A stretch of 27,432 nucleotides of DNA, taken from Promethearchaeota archaeon. Its GTDB lineage: Archaea; Asgardarchaeota; Lokiarchaeia; Sigyniarchaeales; SOKP01. Positions within the stretch are counted from its first letter, which is position 1. Every line of letters begins with the position of its first letter. The stretch covers positions 1 through 27,432 of the forward strand of contig JBHLNZ010000042.1 in the NCBI GenBank assembly GCA_048941015.1, in the 5' to 3' direction. Shown here one piece after another: positions 8,730 to 18,497 of this stretch. The notes below the pieces were generated by a model. That model saw only the letters and a list, made by a program, of their open reading frames with translations, had not been told where the DNA came from and searched no databases. A program made the translations under genes and the position numbers.

Positions 8730-9098
8730 ATGAAATATTTAATCGAAAAGGAAATAGTAATCGAAGGGATTAAGATTTTCATAAGTCTTTTCAAATTACA
8801 CAAAAGTTTTCTTTTGTTGATATCAGATCAAGAAGATTTAGGTATTGGAAATGTTACTTTGGGTACCCCTCCAATTATAAAAGATTTTAAATCATCAACT
8901 TCTTCGTATCATCTGTTTGGGCTTGATAGGAAGCTATTAAGCAATATAATTGCTGAAAAAGCATCTTCATTCCTAAAAGAGCCAGTTCTTCTCTTACTTT
9001 TTCTAAAAACCAAGAAGGATGAAAAAGAAATTATAAAACCCCTGATAAAATTCTTAAATGAAATATTTGAAGAAATTATGAAGAAAGAAAATGGATAG
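8730..9098 (+). CDS. Proteasome assembly chaperone PAC3/PAC4-like protein
   Basis: Pattern ...LHKSFLLLIS...GIGNVTLGTP...SSYHLFG...LSNIIAEKAS...EPVLLLL parallels PSMG4/PAC4. Recognised by eye; no profile search was run. Confidence 0.55.
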   Translation: MKYLIEKEIVIEGIKIFISLFKLHKSFLLLISDQEDLGIGNVTLGTPPIIKDFKSSTSSYHLFGLDRKLLSNIIAEKASSFLKEPVLLLLFLKTKKDEKEIIKPLIKFLNEIFEEIMKKENG

Positions 9099-9100
9099 GA

Positions 9101-9232
9101 TGCAGGGAGTGGGATTTGAACCCACGTACTCCTATAAGACCGGATGGCTCATCAATAATCGCTTGAATCAACGGAGATTATATAAAGTAGATCTTGAGTC
9201 CGGCACCGTTGACCAGGCTTGGTTATCCCTGC
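9101..9232 (-). tRNA. tRNA-Leu(CAA) with a 47-nt canonical 37/38 intron (9146..9192)
   Basis: Acceptor stem GCAGGGA/TCCCTGC; anticodon arm CCGGA-CT CAA G^A-TCCGG; BHB central helix CTCA/TGAG; long variable arm; GGGTTCAAATCCC. Mature length 85 nt. Confidence 0.93.
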
Positions 9233-9294
9233 TCAGATAAACGATTATTTAAAGGAATTTATTCTTAAGGTAGATTTCAATTAGATGTTATTTA

Positions 9295-9525
9295 TTATCT
9301 TGCGAATACAAACATTAATACAAACATAACTCCCATCATACCAAATAAAAAAATCATTTGAATTCTTCCTTTTCTTTTTTGTTTCTTTTCCCGTGCTAGA
9401 TAATTATCTTTACAAGTTTGGCTGCAAAATGTTTTATCTGTAGGCATAGCCTTTCCACATATAGGGCAATGGCTGTGTGGTCCCCATTTCTTTTTAATTT
9501 GATCTTTCCATGTAGATTGAGACAT
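9295..9525 (-). CDS. DUF2116 family Zn-ribbon membrane protein
   Basis: PHSHCPICGKAMP...FCSQTC followed by a basic stretch and a C-terminal TM helix. Confidence 0.8.
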   Translation of the reverse strand: MSQSTWKDQIKKKWGPHSHCPICGKAMPTDKTFCSQTCKDNYLAREKKQKRKGRIQMIFLFGMMGVMFVLMFVFAR

Positions 9526-9606
9526 ATTTTACTTTTATTAACTTTTAGTGTTTATCAATAAGATCTTAAAATCTCAGCAGTTAAAATATTTTATCAAAAT
9601 AAGTTC

Positions 9607-10317
9607 CTATTTTGATATTATTGTCCCATTAAAGTCTTTTTGACCATTCCAATATTTTTTTAATTCCGTTAAATCTTTACCATTCATTACTAACACATCA
9701 ATATTACTCCTTTTTAATATTTGTAAAGAAACTAAGTCAAATATACGATATTCTCCTGCTGCTGCTTGATTACCATTAAAAGATGTTAATAATATTTCCT
9801 GCATCTTATCATATGAAACATTCTTAAGTAATGATGCGTCTTTATGCTTCTTTGGATCTTTATCGAAGATACCTGGAACATCTGTTAAAATAACTAGATT
9901 ATCTGCATCTAAATATTCAGCTACTTCAATAGCTACTGAAGTTGTTGATTGACCAGGTTGTAATCCTCCCATTACCACAATTTTTTTAGATATTGTAGCA
10001 ATTGATAATTCTTCTAGTGATAGTGGAACTCTTGGATACGCATAACCATTTAAACATGCTAAAATTATTTGAGAATTGATTTGTGAAATTTTAATTCCTA
10101 TAATATCACAAAATGCTTCATTTTTGCCTAATTTTCTAATAATATTGATATAATCTCTTGCTAATATCCCTCCTCCACATACAATAACAATAATATCGAA
10201 ATTATTTCCATGTTTAATAATATTACAAAATTCTGAAATAAATTCAGATCTAATTTTCCTTTCTTCGGTAAATAACAAGGATCCACCAATTTTTATAACA
10301 ATATTCTTTTTAATCAT
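9607..10317 (-). CDS. pyrH: Uridylate (UMP) kinase, archaeal type
   Basis: VIKIGGS, VCGGG, GGLQPGQSTTSVA and TDVPGIFDKDPK motifs. Confidence 0.92.
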   Translation of the reverse strand: MIKKNIVIKIGGSLLFTEERKIRSEFISEFCNIIKHGNNFDIIVIVCGGGILARDYINIIRKLGKNEAFCDIIGIKISQINSQIILACLNGYAYPRVPLSLEELSIATISKKIVVMGGLQPGQSTTSVAIEVAEYLDADNLVILTDVPGIFDKDPKKHKDASLLKNVSYDKMQEILLTSFNGNQAAAGEYRIFDLVSLQILKRSNIDVLVMNGKDLTELKKYWNGQKDFNGTIISK

Positions 10318-10385
10318 AAATTATAATTGTTTTTTCTTTTTTATATTAATATAATCGATTTGATAATTTAAATTATTCAAAGTTT

Positions 10386-11354
10386 ATGGTTATTAATAAA
10401 CCTAAAGTTATTGTTGAGGTTCCACATAGGATTTCAGGTTTTTTTGAAATTGTGGATGAAAAAAATGGGAAATTAATAGAAAATCCAGTAGAAATTGGTT
10501 CAAGAGGCGCTGGGTTTAATGTAAATGCAGTAGGAAAGACCATTATTTCCTATAAAGAATTAGATATTAGTGAAGAGAGTAAATGTAAAATTTTCATTAA
10601 TAATAAAGAAGTAAATCAAAGTGCAGAAACGACTAATTTTATATTTGATTATGTAAAAAGTTTGATTAATAATTCAGTAGATGTCAAAATAAAACACTTT
10701 TTTGATCTACCAGTGGGATGTGGATTTGGTTCAAGTGGTTCTGGAGCTTTGGGAACCATTTTTGGTTTAAATAAACTTTTTAGTTTAAAGTTGAGTTTTA
10801 AAGAACAAGGAAAAATTGCTCATATTTCTGAAGTGGTTAATAGAACGGGATTAGGAACTGTTTGCGGTCAATTAGGAAGAGGTTTGTGTGTTTTAAAAGA
10901 ACCAGGATATCCATGTGCTTATGAAAGAATTGAAACACCTAATAATTTAGATGTAATATGTGGCTCATTTGGGACAATTCAAACAAAATCAATATTATCT
11001 GATCCTCTTTTGAAGTTAAATATAAAAAACGCAGGGAGTATGGCTTTAAAAAAGTTACAAATGAAACTAAATGTTAAAAATTTCATAAAAGCGTCAATAT
11101 TTTTTGTTAATAAATCAAAAATTAGAGAAGCATTAGGATTAGAAGAAATTATAGAGGTAATGGATTCTTTAAATAAAACTAAAATAATCGGTGCTAGTAT
11201 GAATCAATTGGGACGCTCGGTTTATGCTTTTTGTAATAAAAGTAATGCTAATGCCGTTTTAGATATATTGGAATCATATAAACCTGAAATTCAGATTTAT
11301 AACTTAAGAATTAATAAAGCCAATTCAATAAAATTCAATATAATAAATAATTAA
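10386..11354 (+). CDS. Pantoate kinase (GHMP kinase family)
   Basis: PHRISGFF, GSRGAG, LPVGCGFGSSG, AHISEV..RTGLGTV and SMNQLG motifs of archaeal PoK. Confidence 0.85.
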   Translation: MVINKPKVIVEVPHRISGFFEIVDEKNGKLIENPVEIGSRGAGFNVNAVGKTIISYKELDISEESKCKIFINNKEVNQSAETTNFIFDYVKSLINNSVDVKIKHFFDLPVGCGFGSSGSGALGTIFGLNKLFSLKLSFKEQGKIAHISEVVNRTGLGTVCGQLGRGLCVLKEPGYPCAYERIETPNNLDVICGSFGTIQTKSILSDPLLKLNIKNAGSMALKKLQMKLNVKNFIKASIFFVNKSKIREALGLEEIIEVMDSLNKTKIIGASMNQLGRSVYAFCNKSNANAVLDILESYKPEIQIYNLRINKANSIKFNIINN

Positions 11355-12179
11355 TTAATTCTTTGCTATAGTGGAATTTAGAGACTTAGACTTTAATGTA
11401 GCCGCCTCAACGGCTCTTATAAGGGTAGCTCTTAGTTTTGCTGACTCAATTTCATGAATTGCTGTTATAGTTGTACCTCCAGGCGTGGCTACCATATCTT
11501 TTAACTCTCCTGGATGTTTTTGTGTTTCTAGTAATAACTTTGCTGAGCCTAACACTGTATGAGCAGCTAATCTTTGGGAAACGTCCCGAGGTAAGCCCAT
11601 TTTTACTCCACCATCAGCAAGAGCTTCAATGATGATGAAAATATAAGCAGGACCACTTCCTGATAATCCTGTAACAGCATCTAAATGAGTTTCTTCCAAT
11701 TCTTCAACTATTCCAACAGCTTGAAAAAGTTTCTTAACATAACTTAATTCCTCATTATTTATTTTTTCATTATGTGAGATGGCAGTAGCACCAGCACCTA
11801 TTAGTGCAGGAGTGTTAGTCATTATTCTTATTAGTCCAATGGGTTTGTTTATAAAACTTTGAATATGATTGAGCGAAACTCCGGCAGCTATTGAAATAAG
11901 AGTTTGTTTCTCTGCTATACTTGATCCTATTTCTTGTAATACAACATCAATTATTTGAGGTAATACTGCAATCAATATGTATTTTGAAGATTTTACTAAT
12001 GAAATATTACTATCTGCCATATCAACATTAAATTCTTTTGATCGCTCTTTAAGTCGAGATTCATCGATATCATAAATAATTACATCCCTCTCAGTGATAG
12101 TATTAGAAGATATAAACCGTTTTAAAAGAGCAGATCCAATTTTACCAATTCCAATAATGCCTAATTCTTTATTAAACAT
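11355..12179 (-). CDS. proC: Pyrroline-5-carboxylate reductase
   Basis: GIIGIGKIG, SIAAG, RIMTNTP, TGLSGSGPAY and VATPGGTT motifs. Confidence 0.96.
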   Translation of the reverse strand: MFNKELGIIGIGKIGSALLKRFISSNTITERDVIIYDIDESRLKERSKEFNVDMADSNISLVKSSKYILIAVLPQIIDVVLQEIGSSIAEKQTLISIAAGVSLNHIQSFINKPIGLIRIMTNTPALIGAGATAISHNEKINNEELSYVKKLFQAVGIVEELEETHLDAVTGLSGSGPAYIFIIIEALADGGVKMGLPRDVSQRLAAHTVLGSAKLLLETQKHPGELKDMVATPGGTTITAIHEIESAKLRATLIRAVEAATLKSKSLNSTIAKN

Positions 12180-12266
12180 AATTTCTGAATATGCAAGTAA
12201 CCAAAAGAACTTTATTATTTACTTAGTTTCAAAATAAGAATCTGGAGAGAAGTTATCAATTTTTGT

Positions 12267-12788
12267 TTATTCGAATATGTCGTTTAGACTATTATCTATA
12301 AGATCATAGTCAGTTATTCCATAATCATTCCATAAATTAAATTCTAAATTGATTTCATTATTAGATTTGCTAGACTGAGAAAAATTAGCTTTTATGAAAA
12401 ATTCTATTCCTTTTTTATATTTTTGGGGAAGTTTAACATATACAACAGCAGTTCCTTTTTCTTTTTGAATTTTTAAATAATTTTCCAATAACTTTTTTCC
12501 TATTTGCCTTCCTCTGAAGTTCGGGTTTACATATAACAAATAAAGGCGAGCTTTTGGCAAAAGTTTATCAAAAGAATCAATTTTCCTAATTTTAGCTTCG
12601 GCAATTAAAATTCCAACTAATAAATCATCATTATATGCGGTTAGAATAAAATATTTTTTTTTTAGGAAATTAATTCTAAAATCGTCAATAAGTTCTATAA
12701 ATTCGTTTGCACAAAGATTCAAATTAATAAAATTTTCATCTTCAGCAACTTTTATTATAATCTGATATTCTTGCTTTTTTGGGAACAT
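12267..12788 (-). CDS. GNAT family N-acetyltransferase
   Basis: Acetyl-CoA motif A: LYVNPNFRGRQIGKKLL. Confidence 0.85.
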   Translation of the reverse strand: MFPKKQEYQIIIKVAEDENFINLNLCANEFIELIDDFRINFLKKKYFILTAYNDDLLVGILIAEAKIRKIDSFDKLLPKARLYLLYVNPNFRGRQIGKKLLENYLKIQKEKGTAVVYVKLPQKYKKGIEFFIKANFSQSSKSNNEINLEFNLWNDYGITDYDLIDNSLNDIFE

Positions 12789-12799
12789 ATTTATTCGAA

Positions 12800-13537
12800 T
12801 TATTTATATAATTCATCTTCTAATTCTTTAATAAGTTCTTCTTTAATCATTCCATTGTTTCGATCATAACCATCGCATACGATACTTCTAACACCGATTA
12901 TATCTGGTGAGATCTCTCTTATTTTGACTATATCTCTTTTCATCAAACTACCAGCTAAAGCGACTTTAAGTCCATAATCTTTTGCTTCAATTTTAAATTG
13001 AATCAATTGATTAATGCTTAAAAAATCAAATAAACCCTTTCCATCTTTAATATATGTATCAAGCATAGCAATATCAGAGCCAGAGTCTGCTGCAATTGTA
13101 GGAATTAACATGAATTCAGGAGAACTATCCATTCTTTTTTGATCAGCATATCCAGCAACAACAATTTTGACATCTTCATTATAATCTTTCACTGCCTTTA
13201 CCACTTTCTTCATCAAATAGATTCCTTGTTCTTTATTATTTGGTCCTTTTAAACCAACTTTAATAATATCAGCCCCAGCTACTGCGGCGCCCAAAGCTGC
13301 TAAGGAAGCAGAGCCAGGTAGATTTGGAAAATCTCCTATCGTAGCACTTAGTAATTTAGAATCATTAGAGGATATTAAACTCTTCATTTCCTTAATAATC
13401 CATGGAAAATTTGCTCCAAGTGAACCTTCATTAGGATTCTTACAATCAACATATTTTATTCTTTTAGCTTTAATTACAATTTTCGCTTCCTCTATGTTTT
13501 TAGGGCTTACGAGGATCTCTATTCGGTGATTATTCAT
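12800..13537 (-). CDS. mfnB: (5-formylfuran-3-yl)methyl phosphate (4-HFC-P) synthase, methanofuran biosynthesis
   Basis: LVSP..EEA, DCKNPNEGSLGANFPW, SATIGD, IKVGL, VVAGYAD, MLDT..KDG, LAGSL and GVRS motifs. Confidence 0.93.
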   Translation of the reverse strand: MNNHRIEILVSPKNIEEAKIVIKAKRIKYVDCKNPNEGSLGANFPWIIKEMKSLISSNDSKLLSATIGDFPNLPGSASLAALGAAVAGADIIKVGLKGPNNKEQGIYLMKKVVKAVKDYNEDVKIVVAGYADQKRMDSSPEFMLIPTIAADSGSDIAMLDTYIKDGKGLFDFLSINQLIQFKIEAKDYGLKVALAGSLMKRDIVKIREISPDIIGVRSIVCDGYDRNNGMIKEELIKELEDELYK

Positions 13538-13783
13538 TCCATCACTTCTTTGACTTATGAAAAAGATTTAATATTATTAATAAAATCAACATTGCAATTA
13601 TATATAATGATTACTAAGGGATTTATACCAATAAAATCGATTTTCAATTTGATCTCGAACAAAAAACTGCAACAATTTATTTTAAGATGAAAATCTCTTA
13701 AAAAAATCATTAAATAATTCTAATGATATAAAAATTTAAATTAAATAATTATTATTAAATATAAAAAAAATTTAGATATTATT

Positions 13784-14314
13784 ATGTCCCCTAAAGAAAT
13801 TACCAAAGTTGACATTACTAATGAAGTTTTTAAGGAACCAATTGAAGTAATTAAACAGTTGTCCTCAAAATTAGAAGGATTAAAATATACTAAAGTAATT
13901 CAGACTTTTGTTATGGAAGATCGCAGATTAAATTTATCATTAGAAAATCAAGGGTCTAGCTATTTTAAGGGGAAAGTTGTTTGGATAGGAAATAAAAAGG
14001 ATGATAGTGATGGTACTATTTTCTGTGTTGATACCAGATCAGAACTCAAACAAATTAATCCAACTGCAGAAAATACAGAAAATGTGATTCTTGATGTTAA
14101 GAAAGAAACAATTAGAATATCTACTGCTTCTAAAACCAAGTGTTCTGTATGTGGAAAGAATATTGAAATATTTGATGAGGTTACAGGGTGCCCAATCTGT
14201 GAAGCAAAAGCACATAAAGACCACTTCATAGATTGGATAAGAATGAAACATTCTTGTCCAATTTGTAAAAAGTCTCTAAATGTATCATCTACAGGAATTA
14301 TTTTTATTGATTAA
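13784..14314 (+). CDS. Protein with a C-terminal RING-like zinc finger
   Basis: CSVC-x12-CPIC-x4-H-x2-H-x3-W-x6-CPIC, i.e. eight ligands with the RING-type W...CPxC ending. Confidence 0.7.
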   Translation: MSPKEITKVDITNEVFKEPIEVIKQLSSKLEGLKYTKVIQTFVMEDRRLNLSLENQGSSYFKGKVVWIGNKKDDSDGTIFCVDTRSELKQINPTAENTENVILDVKKETIRISTASKTKCSVCGKNIEIFDEVTGCPICEAKAHKDHFIDWIRMKHSCPICKKSLNVSSTGIIFID

Positions 14315-14316
14315 TT

Positions 14317-15054
14317 TCAATAAAACGACTTTAAGTCTCTAACTTTTATTGTCCCATCATAAATTGTTGTACCTATTAGTACACCATTAAAATTTTCTGA
14401 TTGATACTTTTTAATATCTTTTAAATTTTTAATACCACCTCCGACGATAATTTTACCGTCAAAAAGATTCCTAATTTGAAGATAAAGAGGTGATATTCCA
14501 CCTAATTTTTGACCTACTTTAAAAAGATCTAATAATATTATGGTCGAAACTCCTAACTCTTTGATTAAATTTATCACTGTTAAGGTATCTTGATTATGGA
14601 GTGAGTTAATTTTTGTTCTTATCTCTTCTTTATACATATCAATGCTTACTATAATTTTTGAGGAACCAATAATTTTTAAACCTTCAAGAATAGTCTCTAT
14701 ACTTTCTATTGTCTCAAGTCCTAAAATAAGCTTTTCTAACGGGTATTTTGAGTAAAGATAGATGTCTTTAATATTAACAATTCCAGGATCAATAATTATT
14801 TTTATATTGGGGATTTTTAGAATTTCATTTATTAACTCTAGGTTAGGTTTTCTTTTCATAATGGCATCCAAATCAGCGATATAAAATTCAAGAAAGCCAA
14901 ATTTTTGCTTTAATTCTTTTATAATTTTGATGGGGTTACTTGAATCGAAAAGATTTGATTTTAAACATTTATATCTACTTCTTTCACCTTTAACTGCGTG
15001 AACAGCTGTAGAATTTAAAATGTCCAAAACAGGTATTATTTTAAAATTTGACAT
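14317..15054 (-). CDS. HisA/HisF-related TIM-barrel protein (C1-cofactor-associated type)
   Basis: IIPVLDI...AVHAVKGER..Y, YIADLDAI, LGLET, SIDM, LLDL.KVG and GGGI motifs of the hisA/F-related family. Confidence 0.85.
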   Translation of the reverse strand: MSNFKIIPVLDILNSTAVHAVKGERSRYKCLKSNLFDSSNPIKIIKELKQKFGFLEFYIADLDAIMKRKPNLELINEILKIPNIKIIIDPGIVNIKDIYLYSKYPLEKLILGLETIESIETILEGLKIIGSSKIIVSIDMYKEEIRTKINSLHNQDTLTVINLIKELGVSTIILLDLFKVGQKLGGISPLYLQIRNLFDGKIIVGGGIKNLKDIKKYQSENFNGVLIGTTIYDGTIKVRDLKSFY

Positions 15055-15219
15055 AACCTTTCATAAATTCTTCTTCATCTGAATTATTAATAATTAATAA
15101 ACCACCAATATGAATTACTCTTTTTTTTTAAAAATATTCGTTAATTAATTATTAAATAATTTTATTTTTAAGCAATAAATTCTAAAAATAGCAATGTAAA
15201 GAAAAAAGTATAATTAAAA

Positions 15220-16944
15220 TTGGTTGAAATGAAAACCGAATCGTATATTAATAAAATAATTGAAGATACGGGTCTAACAAAAAGAGAAATTCAAAATCTT
15301 GTTGAAGAAAAGAAAAAAGAATTAAAGGGTCTAATTTCTGATGAGGGGGCATTATTTGTTATTGCAAAAGAATTAGGGGTTGATGTTAAGAGTGATAATA
15401 AAGATCTTATAGCAGATATAGAATTAAATATATCAGATATTACTCCAAATATGAAAAATATTTCTTTAATTGGTAGAATTAAAGATATATATAAAATTTC
15501 CAGTTTTAATGGTAGAGATGGAGAACCAGGTTATGTTGGTTCTTTTTTATTACATGATAATGCTGGAGAGATTCGAATTGTTCTTTGGAATGAACATGTA
15601 AATGTTTTCAAGGATCCTAATTTTGAAAAAAATGAAGTAGTGAAAATATTAAATGGATATGCAAAACAAGGAAGATTTGGTAATACTGAAATACATATAG
15701 GGACTCTAGGAAAAATTATTTTATCTCCAGAAGATGTTGACTATAGTAAGTATCCAAAAGTAATAAATAAATTTACAGAAATAAAAAATATTAACTTATC
15801 TTCAGGTTCGATTTCTCTAGAAGGAAAAATTGTACAAAAATATCCGGTTAAAGAATTTACAAAAAAAAATGGTGAGAATGGGAAAGTTGAATCAATTATA
15901 GTCATAGATTCAACTGGTTCAACAAGAATCACTTTCTGGAATGAAGATACAGAAAAACTAAATAATATTGAAGTAGGTGATTTTGTTTCAATTTCAGATG
16001 TCGTTCCTAGACAAAATAAAATTGATTCTAGTAAAATTGACCTACATGCGAAAATGAATACAAAAATAATTAAAAAGGATGAAGAAATAGAATTAGACGC
16101 AGATCTAGTTAAAAAAATTAAACTTTTACAAAAAGAAGAAAATCTTGTTTCTTTTAAAGGTGTTTTATCCTCTATAGATGATATCAAAACAGTTACGTTG
16201 AGATCAGGTGATAATGTCTCCCTTCTAGGATTTGAAATAAATGATGAAACTGATGGGATAAGGGTTACTTTATGGCGAGAAATTGCAGAAAAAAATTCAA
16301 AAATATTAGAAGTAGGAATGGGAATATTATTAAAAAATGTTTTAATAAGATATAATGACTTCTCGGGAAGAAAGGAAGCTTCTTCAATTAGTAATACGAC
16401 ACTTGAGATAATAGATTTAAAGATTCCAAAAATAAAGAAAATACAACAAACTATAAGTCAAGAATTCAAAACATTCTCTAAAAATTATACTCCAATAGAT
16501 AATATAAACTCTTCTGGTATCTTCGAAATAAAAGGATTTATAGCTAAAGAGATAAGTAGGATTTCAGTATATGAAGCTTGTTCAAATTGCCAAAAAAAAA
16601 TTGATAATTGCTCTTGTGAACAAAAAGGGACAACCGAATATCGAGTCATTCTTAATATATTGATTGACGATGAAACTGGAGTCATACGCGCTTCTTTTAT
16701 TGGAGAGCCTGCTGAAAGATTAATTTCAACTAAAGCATCAACTATAGTAGCACTTAAAGAAACTGCTGAATTTGAAAAATTTATTGGAAAGGTTTCAGAG
16801 AACTTGATTGGTAAAGATATAATTTTAAAAGGAAAAGCAAAGTACAGTGATTTCAATAATTCTTACGAATTGAATGTGATAGATTTTAAGTTCCTTGATA
16901 TTAACGAAGAATTAGAAAGAGAGATAAAAAAGATAGAAATTTAA
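15220..16944 (+). CDS. rpa: Replication protein A large subunit (multi-OB-fold ssDNA-binding protein with a Zn finger)
   Basis: N-terminal helical domain (LISDEGAL...AKELGV), repeated OB motifs (DNAGEIRIVLW, DSTGSTRITFW, DETDGIRVTLW, DDETGVIRASF), CSNC...CSC zinc site and a C-terminal helix. The start may be ATG 15229. Confidence 0.9.
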   Translation: MVEMKTESYINKIIEDTGLTKREIQNLVEEKKKELKGLISDEGALFVIAKELGVDVKSDNKDLIADIELNISDITPNMKNISLIGRIKDIYKISSFNGRDGEPGYVGSFLLHDNAGEIRIVLWNEHVNVFKDPNFEKNEVVKILNGYAKQGRFGNTEIHIGTLGKIILSPEDVDYSKYPKVINKFTEIKNINLSSGSISLEGKIVQKYPVKEFTKKNGENGKVESIIVIDSTGSTRITFWNEDTEKLNNIEVGDFVSISDVVPRQNKIDSSKIDLHAKMNTKIIKKDEEIELDADLVKKIKLLQKEENLVSFKGVLSSIDDIKTVTLRSGDNVSLLGFEINDETDGIRVTLWREIAEKNSKILEVGMGILLKNVLIRYNDFSGRKEASSISNTTLEIIDLKIPKIKKIQQTISQEFKTFSKNYTPIDNINSSGIFEIKGFIAKEISRISVYEACSNCQKKIDNCSCEQKGTTEYRVILNILIDDETGVIRASFIGEPAERLISTKASTIVALKETAEFEKFIGKVSENLIGKDIILKGKAKYSDFNNSYELNVIDFKFLDINEELEREIKKIEI

Positions 16945-17023
16945 TATCATTTATAAATTAAATAATCCCTTTTATAAAAAAATTTATGAATTTTTAACAT
17001 TTTCTCTATTTTGAATAGATTAT

Positions 17024-17962
17024 ATGATGAAAAAAGTCGATATTATAGGATTAGGAGAAGCTGTTATTGATTGGGTTGCTGAATTACCACATTTTCCAAA
17101 ACCAGATGAAAAAGTATATGCTTTAAGTGAAAATTATTTCCCAGGTGGGGTCACTGCTAATTATTTGGTTGCAATAGCAAGATTAGGAGGACATTGTGGA
17201 TTTATTGGAGCTGTTGGTAATGATTCTTATGGAGATTTTTTAATTAATGATTTTAAAATCGAAAGGGTTGATACTGCTTTTACAATTAAGAAAAGAAACG
17301 TGAGAACTCCAGTAAATTTTATCTTTATTTCTAAAGGAGAGAAAACTATAATTCAATCACCACATATGTTAACAACCAAAATAGAAATTTCTGATTTGAA
17401 TGAATGTTATATCGCAGATGCTAAATTGCTGCATACTACAATGATCCATCCAGAAGTCACAGAAAAAGCAATAGAAATTGCGAAAGAAAATGACGTAAAG
17501 GTTTCAATTGATTTAGAATCTCAAATTGCTCAAAAAGGTTGGATTAAATTAAAAAAAATGCTTCTTAGCGCTGACATTTTAATGCCTAATAAAGAAGGTG
17601 CTAAGGTAATAACGAATACAAATAATCCTGAAGATGCTGCAAAAATTTTGGTTAAAAAAGGAATTAAAACAATTATCATTACTTTAGGAAGTAGGGGTGT
17701 ATTATTGACTACACAAAAATTCCAAAAAAGAATTCCGGCATATAGCGTCAAAAAGATAGTTGACACGACGGGTGCTGGTGATGTGTTTAATGGAGCTTTT
17801 TCTTATGCATATTGGATAAAGGGTTGGAGTCTAGAAAAATCTTGTAAATTTGCAAATGGTGCTGCTAGTATGAAAATTCAAGCACTGGGGGCTAGAACTG
17901 GTATGCCTACTGAAGAAAAATTATTCAATTTTTTAAGGGAAAATGATACTGACTTCTTATAA
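17024..17962 (+). CDS. PfkB/ribokinase family carbohydrate kinase
   Basis: GGVTAN, ARLG, GAVGNDSYG, PNKEG, ITLGSRG and DTTGAGDVF motifs. Confidence 0.92.
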   Translation: MMKKVDIIGLGEAVIDWVAELPHFPKPDEKVYALSENYFPGGVTANYLVAIARLGGHCGFIGAVGNDSYGDFLINDFKIERVDTAFTIKKRNVRTPVNFIFISKGEKTIIQSPHMLTTKIEISDLNECYIADAKLLHTTMIHPEVTEKAIEIAKENDVKVSIDLESQIAQKGWIKLKKMLLSADILMPNKEGAKVITNTNNPEDAAKILVKKGIKTIIITLGSRGVLLTTQKFQKRIPAYSVKKIVDTTGAGDVFNGAFSYAYWIKGWSLEKSCKFANGAASMKIQALGARTGMPTEEKLFNFLRENDTDFL

Positions 17963-17974
17963 TTAAAAGTGGGT

Positions 17975-18415
17975 CTAGGAGAAAATTAAACAAATATTTT
18001 TAAAATTGCTTGGTTCTTCAATCAATTCATTAAATTTGTTTAAAATGTTAGTTGAAGAATATGAATCAAGTTCATCGTTAAAAGGCCAAATTCCAATTAA
18101 AATGTCACCTAACTTCTTTACATTCCCAATTAAATAACCTTCTTTTTTATTATTTACTTTATTAGTAATAAGTATTACAATATAATAATTGAATTTATAA
18201 GTAGGAGATGCTTCACCAAACCTCAAAACTTCTTCAATATTTTGAAAATGAACTAAGTCCTTATCTGTTTCACTTAACTTTTTCAAGTTTGAAAAAATTT
18301 GGGAAGGGATATGGATAGGTATTTCAGTTATGACATTTTTAAAGGTTAAAGATAAAGACTCTGCTTCCTCTGCTTGCTCACCTTTAAAGATAACTTTATA
18401 GATATTTCCACTCAT
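17975..18415 (-). CDS. Hypothetical protein
   Basis: 146-aa ORF with an ATG start filling the gap downstream of aIF1; no recognisable motif. Confidence 0.6.
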   Translation of the reverse strand: MSGNIYKVIFKGEQAEEAESLSLTFKNVITEIPIHIPSQIFSNLKKLSETDKDLVHFQNIEEVLRFGEASPTYKFNYYIVILITNKVNNKKEGYLIGNVKKLGDILIGIWPFNDELDSYSSTNILNKFNELIEEPSNFKNICLIFS

Positions 18416-18497
18416 TGAGATCGTTTTTAGTTATTTATTAAATTGATATTCAGAAGATTTTAAAGGATTTAATACTGATAGAGAGCAATTATTATTC

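Noticed and set aside
13960-14251. Two minus-strand ORFs (89 and 70 aa)
   Set aside because: Antisense to the RING-like gene; composition typical of shadow frames.
15741-16856. Minus-strand ORFs of 148 and 123 aa
   Set aside because: Antisense shadows of RPA.
17530-17766. 78-aa minus-strand ORF
   Set aside because: Antisense shadow of the PfkB kinase.
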